64,000 bases of DNA, taken from contig CAWFJP010000003.1 of NCBI GenBank assembly GCA_963816145.1, forward strand, positions 608,001 through 672,000, in the 5' to 3' direction. This DNA is from an uncultured delta proteobacterium (GTDB lineage: Bacteria > Desulfobacterota > Binatia > UBA9968). Below, piece by piece: positions 57,833 through 64,000 of this stretch (the stretch's first letter is position 1; each line of letters starts with the position of its first letter). A program made the position numbers and the translations under genes. The notes under the pieces were generated by a model. The model saw only the letters and a program-made list of their open reading frames with translations. It was not told the origin of the DNA and searched no databases.

Positions 57833-58018
57833 ATGCCTGTCGTCCATATCTATATGTTTCCCGGCAAGACCAAGGAGCAGAAAAACGAATTGGTCAAACG
57901 CATCTCCAAGGACTTCGCCGAGGTCGCCAACATCAAGCCCGAGTCGCTAAACATCCTGTTTCACGATACCGGCAAAGAAGATTGGGGGGTGCGCGGCTCC
58001 CTGGCGTCCGAACAATAA
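57833..58018 (+). CDS. 4-oxalocrotonate tautomerase family protein
   Basis: 61 aa, Pro-1 after Met, GKTKEQK, WGVRG; GGAGG RBS. Confidence 0.92.
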   Translation: MPVVHIYMFPGKTKEQKNELVKRISKDFAEVANIKPESLNILFHDTGKEDWGVRGSLASEQ

Positions 58019-58074
58019 GCTAAGCCGAAGCTGACTTAAGGACGTATTGTACACGCGAGGATTTTGCAGCGGCC

Positions 58075-58809
58075 ATGCCTCAAACCACACCCATCAAAAT
58101 CGGCTTTCTCGGCTCCAGCGCACCGTCGAGTCCGCACCACGCGAGCTTCAAGAAATTCATACCCCGCGATATCGAATTTAGCTTCGTGCAAGAGTCTGGT
58201 GAAAAAACTTCACTTTACGATGCCCAAGGCAAAGTCGACGCATTGATCGAACAGTCGCGCCAGCTGATTGAAGCTAACGGCTGGCGCGGCCTGATCATCA
58301 GCGGCGCGCCCAAAGAAGCGCTCAATCCTGGCATGTGGGAGCAGGTCTCCGAGGCATTGAGCATACCGGTCACGCTCGCCCTGCGTTCCTCTGTAGCGGC
58401 GCTCAAAGCCTTCTCGGCGCGCAAAATCTTGCTCATGACACCGGTGGACGATCGCTTGAAGAAAATGTACCACGACTACCTTGCCGGCTTTGGTATCGAG
58501 TCCTTCTACCCTCCGCAAATTCTCCGCGCCCACACCGACGCGCAAAAGCTCACGTCGAGCGATGTCGAAGAAATGACGCGAAAAGCCTTGAGGGAATACC
58601 CCAACGTCGACGCCATCTACTTCCAAGGCGCCCTGCTCGATCCGATCCCGATTCTCGACAAGCTGGAAACGGAGTTGCAAATGCCGATCGTTGCCAGCAA
58701 TCCGGCGATGCTCTGGCTGGTCCTGTCCAAGCTCGGCCTGAACTACCGCATCGAAGGTTACGGCAAGCTGCTCAAATCATGGCCGGACCCGCCGGCGGGA
58801 CCGTTTTAG
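58075..58809 (+). CDS. Asp/Glu racemase superfamily protein (maleate isomerase / arylmalonate decarboxylase-like), cysteine-free
   Basis: VAALKAFSARKILLMTP, DAIYF, LETELQMPIVASNPAMLW, GYGKLL. Confidence 0.8.
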   Translation: MPQTTPIKIGFLGSSAPSSPHHASFKKFIPRDIEFSFVQESGEKTSLYDAQGKVDALIEQSRQLIEANGWRGLIISGAPKEALNPGMWEQVSEALSIPVTLALRSSVAALKAFSARKILLMTPVDDRLKKMYHDYLAGFGIESFYPPQILRAHTDAQKLTSSDVEEMTRKALREYPNVDAIYFQGALLDPIPILDKLETELQMPIVASNPAMLWLVLSKLGLNYRIEGYGKLLKSWPDPPAGPF

Positions 58810-58820
58810 TTAAGAATGTC

Positions 58821-58898
58821 TCCCGCAAAGGCGCAAAGCGCGCAAAGCAAGAATAATTAACTAACTCCGAACTTAGCGAGCTGGGCGCCTTTGCGGGA
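58821..58898. repeat. 9-bp-type tandem/inverted array (CGCAAAGNN)n...(CTTTGCG)
   Basis: tcccgcaaaggcgcaaagcgcgcaaag ... ctccgaacttagcgagctgggcgcctttgcggga. Confidence 0.82.
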
Positions 58899-58944
58899 TA
58901 AATTATATTCTAAATCGCTTGCTTCTGATTAGATCGAAAAATAC

Positions 58945-59865
58945 ATGCAAACGATTCGCCTCGCCTACCGCGACCACGATCGCACGCCGGTTATCTACTG
59001 CATCAAGGCGATGGCCGAGCGCCACTACGGCGTCAATGTCGAAGTGCTTCACATCGAGCCGCAGCGTGCGTTTGAAGCAGCGTTGTTCGACCATGCTTGC
59101 GATGTGATCATCGAGCATATCGAATACCTCCACACCCAAGCCGCCAAAGGCAAGAAGACCACGCTGTTCTGCGCGCCGCAAATTCAGCGCGGCCTCAAGT
59201 TAGTGGTGCCGCAGTCGATCAATTCACTCGACGATCTCAAAGGCAAAACAATCGCCGTGCGCGATCTCGGCCGGCCGCATCGCATCGCTCTCTGGCTGCG
59301 CAAAGTAGGCCTGGAGAACTCGGTTAAAACCCTCATCGTCCCGGACCAAGAAGTCGGACGCTGGCGGCAGTGGCGCAAAGTCGTCAGCGGCGAATGCGCC
59401 GCCTGCTTCATAGCGCCGATTTATCTGCCCGCGGCGCTCGACGCCGGGCTCAAAACATTTCCCGCCAATGAAGCGGAGATCGTCAGTCTATTCGCCCAGG
59501 CCTGTCTCGCCGAGTTCGGCAGAAACAACTCGGCGTTGATGAAGGACTACCTAAAAGCTGTGATCCACGCCATCGGGTTGCTAATTTACCGGCGCGACGA
59601 AGCAATGAGCATTATCACTGCGGAACCGATGCGCCTGATGAAGATCACCGACTACAGCGAACTGCACCGCCAGGTTGATTCCATCGCCGAATTATTGCAG
59701 GTCAAACCCTACCCCACCATCGAAGCGATTCTGAACACCGACGAAATCGCCGCCCAGGAATACGGCCCCACGGTCGACAATCCGCTGACGCTCTGGGATC
59801 TGCACTGGTTAAAAGAATTAGATGACGAAGGTTTCATCGACGGTCTCGTGGCGAACCTTTTTTGA
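58945..59865 (+). CDS. SsuA/THI5-like binding-protein fold, no signal peptide
   Basis: DDLKGKTIAV, LRKVGL, KPYPTIEAI, WDLHWLKELDDEGFID tail like the other SBPs; N-terminus MQTIRLAYRD is not a signal peptide. Confidence 0.75.
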   Translation: MQTIRLAYRDHDRTPVIYCIKAMAERHYGVNVEVLHIEPQRAFEAALFDHACDVIIEHIEYLHTQAAKGKKTTLFCAPQIQRGLKLVVPQSINSLDDLKGKTIAVRDLGRPHRIALWLRKVGLENSVKTLIVPDQEVGRWRQWRKVVSGECAACFIAPIYLPAALDAGLKTFPANEAEIVSLFAQACLAEFGRNNSALMKDYLKAVIHAIGLLIYRRDEAMSIITAEPMRLMKITDYSELHRQVDSIAELLQVKPYPTIEAILNTDEIAAQEYGPTVDNPLTLWDLHWLKELDDEGFIDGLVANLF

Positions 59866-59906
59866 TGGCAAGGCATGCCTTGCCCAGACAACGCCGGTCT
59901 CTGTCA

Positions 59907-59986
59907 TTGCGCCCTTGCGTTCTTTGCGGCCAACTCTCCGAGTCCAAATATAATCCCTATGTGAACTTTGTGCCCTTTGTGGTTAA
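59907..59986. repeat. Two adjacent one-armed 9-bp-type arrays (CTTTGCG / CTTTGTG)
   Basis: ttgcgcccttgcgttctttgcgg, ctccgagt, ctatgtgaactttgtgccctttgtgg. Confidence 0.7.
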
Positions 59987-59996
59987 ATTCCTCCGC

Positions 59997-60488
59997 ATGA
60001 AAAAGCTGTTCATCGTCTTTCATTCCATGACCGGCGGCACCTACCAGATGGCCCAGGCCGCCGCCAGCGGCGCCCAGAGCGAGCCCGACATCGCTGTGAA
60101 TCTTATCCACGCAGGTGAAGCTGGTGCCGACGAATTGCTACAAGCCGACGGCTACATCTTCGCCACGCCGGAGAATCTCGCCATGATGTCCGGTGTGATG
60201 AAGGATTTCTTCGATCGCACCTACTATCCGGTCCTCGACCGCATTGTCGGTCGCCCCTACGCGACGCTCATCTGCGCTGGGAGCGACGGCGAAAACGCCG
60301 CCCGGCAAATCCAGCGCATCGCTACCGGCTGGCGCCTCAAATCGATCGCCGAGCCGATCATCGTTTGCACATACGCCCAAACTCCGGATGAAATATTGGC
60401 AAAGAAACAGATCGGCGAATTCGACCTGCAGCGCTGCGAAGAGATCGGTGCTACGCTAGCGGCGGGATTGACCCTGGGAATTTACTGA
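59997..60488 (+). CDS. Flavodoxin / WrbA-like FMN-binding protein
   Basis: FHSMTGGT FMN loop, ADGYIFATPENL, MSGVMKDFFDR, AGSDG. Confidence 0.92.
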   Translation: MKKLFIVFHSMTGGTYQMAQAAASGAQSEPDIAVNLIHAGEAGADELLQADGYIFATPENLAMMSGVMKDFFDRTYYPVLDRIVGRPYATLICAGSDGENAARQIQRIATGWRLKSIAEPIIVCTYAQTPDEILAKKQIGEFDLQRCEEIGATLAAGLTLGIY

Positions 60489-60593
60489 CAACCCAAGCGA
60501 AATCTCGCTTGACAGCCATACCCTCGTTTGGTACCGGTCGCGATAAGGGATCGCCGGTAGCGTTGTCGAATTCAAATAAGTCGATCGGGCTCA

Positions 60594-60664
60594 TGGAACC
60601 TTTGGAACGACTGGAACCATTGGAACCAAGCGATCACCTTGTACGGATTGAACGATTGGAACCC
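60594..60664. repeat. 9-bp tandem array (TGGAACNNN)n
   Basis: tggaacctt tggaacgac tggaaccat tggaaccaa ... ttgaacgat tggaaccc. Confidence 0.85.
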
Positions 60665-60681
60665 ATTAATGTGGAGGAGCG

Positions 60682-61758
60682 ATGAATAAAGTTGAACCCA
60701 AAGGCGCCGTGCACTGGATCGATCATTACGTCGTCGGCACTAACAACATGAGCGCATGGGTCGACTGGGCGGTGAACTCCACCGGCATCACCCGCCAGCC
60801 GATCATCGGGCTCACCACCGCCGCACGCAAACGCAACATCAAGATCACCAGCTTCCTCTGGTGGAACGGCGGCTCCTGCCGCATCGGCGCGTTTCTCCAG
60901 CCCGAGTTTTATCCGCCGGCAAAAGAGCTCGGCAAGGATTTGCCGCGCTGCGGCTTTTACATTCGGCCCGAAGACGTCGACAAACATTTGCGCCGCCTCG
61001 ACCGCCACAAGGTTCCCCATACCGACGCGATTCGCACCGCCGCCGATGGCGACGAGGGCACGGTGATTTATTTCGCCGATCCGGACGGCAATCAGTACGA
61101 GCTCTGGGCGCCGGTAGAAATGCCGCAAGGTGCCATGGAGATCGCCACTGAAGAAGGCGTCGGCCGCATCAGCCATGCGGTTTTCGGCGCCCGCGATCTG
61201 GTCAGGAACGCCGCCTTCTTCGAACAATACTGCGGCATCGCGCCTGAACAAAACTCCAAGACCGCCGAGGGAACACTGGTGTTGCGTCTGCGCGCCGGCG
61301 GCCGCCTGGTCTACAAGCTGGTCGATCAAGTCGACGAGCGCTGCTCCGGCCATGGTACCTGGTGGGACATGCACACGGCGCTGACCGTGCGCCAGGAAGA
61401 GTTTTTGCCAGACTACCGGCGCATGTGGGACGGCATTCCTGAAGAGAAAGGCTACAAAGCCGACCTCAATCTGACCATCGAAGAGCAAGAAGCCCTGCCC
61501 GCGCGCACCGGTCTGCACCGCAGCCCCGTCGGCATCCGCTGGAAAGAGATCTGCAGCCGTGGCGACGAATTCTACGACTGGGACTGCCACTCTTTCCATT
61601 TCATCGGTGGCAAACCGTTGGCAGCTAATGGCTCAATGGCGCTTTACGAAGCCATCGAACAAGAAGACTACCTGCTGGAGCTAGCCCAGTCGCTCAACAA
61701 AGCCGACCAACCAGATCTGATGAAAGGATTGGGTAAAGACAATCCGTTCAACGTCTAG
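60682..61758 (+). CDS. Two-domain VOC-family protein
   Basis: WIDHYVV, YFADPDGNQYEL, ISHAVF, HTAL, FYDWDCHSFHF; GGAGGAG RBS. Confidence 0.78.
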   Translation: MNKVEPKGAVHWIDHYVVGTNNMSAWVDWAVNSTGITRQPIIGLTTAARKRNIKITSFLWWNGGSCRIGAFLQPEFYPPAKELGKDLPRCGFYIRPEDVDKHLRRLDRHKVPHTDAIRTAADGDEGTVIYFADPDGNQYELWAPVEMPQGAMEIATEEGVGRISHAVFGARDLVRNAAFFEQYCGIAPEQNSKTAEGTLVLRLRAGGRLVYKLVDQVDERCSGHGTWWDMHTALTVRQEEFLPDYRRMWDGIPEEKGYKADLNLTIEEQEALPARTGLHRSPVGIRWKEICSRGDEFYDWDCHSFHFIGGKPLAANGSMALYEAIEQEDYLLELAQSLNKADQPDLMKGLGKDNPFNV

Positions 61759-61784
61759 AAAGATCTCTGCATCGGTCCTGTCCC

Positions 61785-61824
61785 AACGATTGGAACAACT
61801 GGAACATTTTGAACGATTGGAACG
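61785..61824. repeat. 9-bp tandem array (TGGAACNNN)n
   Basis: aacgat tggaacaac tggaacatt ttgaacgat tggaacg. Confidence 0.85.
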
Positions 61825-61901
61825 AACGAGGGGTAACCCGGATGACGTACGATCGAAGCCGGCAAAGCCATTTTGATCTCGAAAAATAAGAAAAGAAATT
61901 T

Positions 61902-62717
61902 ATGGCAAATCATATTCACGGACCGCTCTACTACGAACGGATGGGACGCACCGGACCGGTCATCGCATTCGTCCATCCCAACCCGATGGATCAGTCTTGC
62001 TGGATTTTTCAGATGGCCCATCTCTCGACTTGGTACCGCTGCATCGCCATCGATATTCCAGGCTACGGCCGTTCGCCCAAAGCCGACGCTGGATTGACCA
62101 TGGACGATATGGCCCAGGCTTGTTGGGAAGCCATCGACGACGTGGCGCCCGGCGAGAAAGCGATTCTGGCGGGCTGCTCGGTGGGCTCGTCGATCGCGCC
62201 TTACATGTATCACCAACGGCCGGACAAAACCGCTGCAATGGTGTTATGCGGCACCGGTTATAATCCGGCCAAGGAATTCACCAAGAAGCGCATCGATAAT
62301 TACAGCGCGGAAGGAATCGCTTACCGCTGGCGCTATGCCTTCGAAGACATGAGCGCGGCGTTTCGCGTGACCCCGATGGCGCATTTTTTCGCCAACATGT
62401 TCACCGAGCGCAACGATCACGCCGACGCCGAGACGATCATCCACCAGTTCCGCGCTCTCGCCACAGCCTATCCCGAAGGCCATCACGACCGCATCGCCTG
62501 CCCGATGATCATCCTCACCGGCAGCGAAGACGGCAGCCATGCGGGCTCCTTCGCGCTGCAAGCTCGCGTCCCCAACTGCGAGTTGAAAGTCTTACCCGGC
62601 GCCGGCCACGCCTGTCAGATCGAGCAGCCTTGGTTGTTCAATCGTTTCATGATCGAGTTTCTCGACAAACATGGCTTATTCCCTGGCGCGGTTAAACCAG
62701 CGAAGTCGGTTGTCTGA
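61902..62717 (+). CDS. Alpha/beta-fold hydrolase
   Basis: DIPGYGRS, nucleophile elbow GCSVG, GSED, AGH. Confidence 0.93.
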   Translation: MANHIHGPLYYERMGRTGPVIAFVHPNPMDQSCWIFQMAHLSTWYRCIAIDIPGYGRSPKADAGLTMDDMAQACWEAIDDVAPGEKAILAGCSVGSSIAPYMYHQRPDKTAAMVLCGTGYNPAKEFTKKRIDNYSAEGIAYRWRYAFEDMSAAFRVTPMAHFFANMFTERNDHADAETIIHQFRALATAYPEGHHDRIACPMIILTGSEDGSHAGSFALQARVPNCELKVLPGAGHACQIEQPWLFNRFMIEFLDKHGLFPGAVKPAKSVV

Positions 62718-62768
62718 CCTCTTGGGTAAATCGGCTCTACGAAATCAAGTCCGATGACAGACTAACTT

Positions 62769-63305
62769 CTAGCGCATAAAAATCTTCTGATATTCTTTCT
62801 TCTTTTCGGCAAACCCCTTGGTGTCGAAATCTTCCATGTCGATCAATTTGACCTTGTCGATTTCGGGAATCGGGGGATAGACGCCTTTGCGATTAACCGA
62901 CTCGCCGTTCTTGGCCATGATCCGCATGCTTTCATCGCCAAGGAAGAAATCGATGAAGGCTTTGCCCGCGTTGGTATGCGGCGCTTTCTTGCTCAGCGTG
63001 AGGTAATGGCTGCTGCCCATCATCGTCGGCAGCCGCAGATAATCCATCGGTGCCCCCTTCTGGCCGAAAGTGACGACGTTGATCAACAAGGTAATCGCCA
63101 ATGACGCTTCGCCGGTACTGGCGCGGTCCGCGGCGACCAAGAAAGCTTCCACCAACGACGGCTTGCTCGCCGCCAGATCGGCGGTAAATTTCGCCGCCCG
63201 CTCCCTACCCATGACTTTGTACAAGCTTTCGAACCAGCGCAGCGTCGAAGTGTCCTGACTCGGATCGGGCATAGCGATCTTTCCGCGAAACTGCGGCTTC
63301 AAAAT
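62769..63305 (-). pseudogene. 5'-truncated extracellular solute-binding protein (AfuA/PotD-like, C-terminal half)
   Basis: Begins mid-domain at LKPQFRGKIAMPDP; APHTNAGKAFIDFFLG; no signal peptide or N-lobe. Confidence 0.75.
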
Positions 63306-63651
63306 CGAAGACGAGGAAACCGCTTTGATCCCGCTCTACGAGTCCAGAACTGAAAATGTGCCCGGCGGCGCCGTCGAGCTGTTCACCGGCGAACATACCA
63401 AGCTCACCGGCTTCATCACCGAGTTTCATCAGACTCTCGCGAAACTTAATGGCAAATCCGCGCCTCAGCTAAAGCTCGACATCATCAAACTGTTCGACCG
63501 TGAAGCGATCTGCAAAGGATTGGTCGAACACCACCACGCACGCGAGGAAAACATCTTGTTCCCCTGGCTCGATACGGTTACATCAAGGGAAGAACGCATC
63601 GCCCGGCTCGCAGGCTGCGCGAGTTTGCAGGCTTGGCGAGCGGCGCAATGA
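63304..63651 (+). pseudogene. 5'-truncated hemerythrin-domain protein
   Basis: IEDEETALIPLYE, EH, HHHAREENILFP; first HHE helix and start codon are missing. Confidence 0.7.
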
Positions 63652-63784
63652 ATCGTTTAAGGTTCAAGGGTTCAAAAGTTCCAGGGCGGATCGGGACTCT
63701 GGCAATTGGTACCGAGGAACTAAACGACCCTACTTTTTAGGTTTATGAGTTCTGAACGGGCGGCTGGAAGTCGTCTCTTCCATC

Positions 63785-63866
63785 CGTCATTCCGGCGCAG
63801 GCCGGAATCCAGGCTTTGGTTTTCGAATTAAAATCGAACTTGGATGCCGGTCTGCGCCGGCATGAC
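63785..63866. repeat. GTCAT-bounded REP-like inverted repeat element
   Basis: cgtcattccggcgcaggccggaatcca ... tggatgccggtctgcgccggcatgac; each arm is itself palindromic. Confidence 0.85.
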
Positions 63867-64000
63867 ATGTCTTCTTCGCCCAAAGCATGCCCGGCGCGTC
63901 GTCGAAGGGCTAAGAAATATCTACCATCCCCGAGAGAGTCAGTAAGAGTCTCGACAGAACCGGTGACTTCGAGTAATTGAAGGTTGATGGTAGACAATAT

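Noticed and set aside
18218-61824. Short arrays as CRISPR repeats
   Set aside because: Units are 6-9 bp without unique 25-45 bp spacers, and no cas gene is present

Overview
Bacterial, GC-rich chromosomal window. Gene content and style resemble a deltaproteobacterial-type lineage such as Candidatus Binatia (inference only). (1) 1-15.4 kb is the right-hand part of an unusual NRPS cluster. It has atypical A domains that lack the amino-acid-binding Asp and carry a shared 'LPPxQQAIxxKCFHPSG' N-terminal extension, plus canonical Ile-, Thr- and Val-type modules. It also has two classes of repeated C-terminal tails, one internally collapsed module, a decayed relic at the boundary, and no TE domain in view. 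(2) 15.4-28.6 kb is a minus-strand housekeeping block: NUDIX, dnaE, hflX, pgsA-like, tRNA-Val(GAC), thrS, infC with an ATC start, rpmI, rplT, pheS, a short pheT, ihfA and merR. (3) 28.8-64 kb holds accessory metabolism and transport genes. These include two biotin-domain-less carboxyltransferases around an amidohydrolase, a frameshifted alanine dehydrogenase, a NitT/TauT ABC system with several binding proteins, PhoD, a CbtB-like locus, several enzymes with altered catalytic motifs, and a junction of two truncated genes. More than a dozen short 6-9 bp tandem arrays, many arranged as inverted pairs, occupy intergenic spaces and some lie inside genes. All calls come from reading motifs by eye; no database searches were run.
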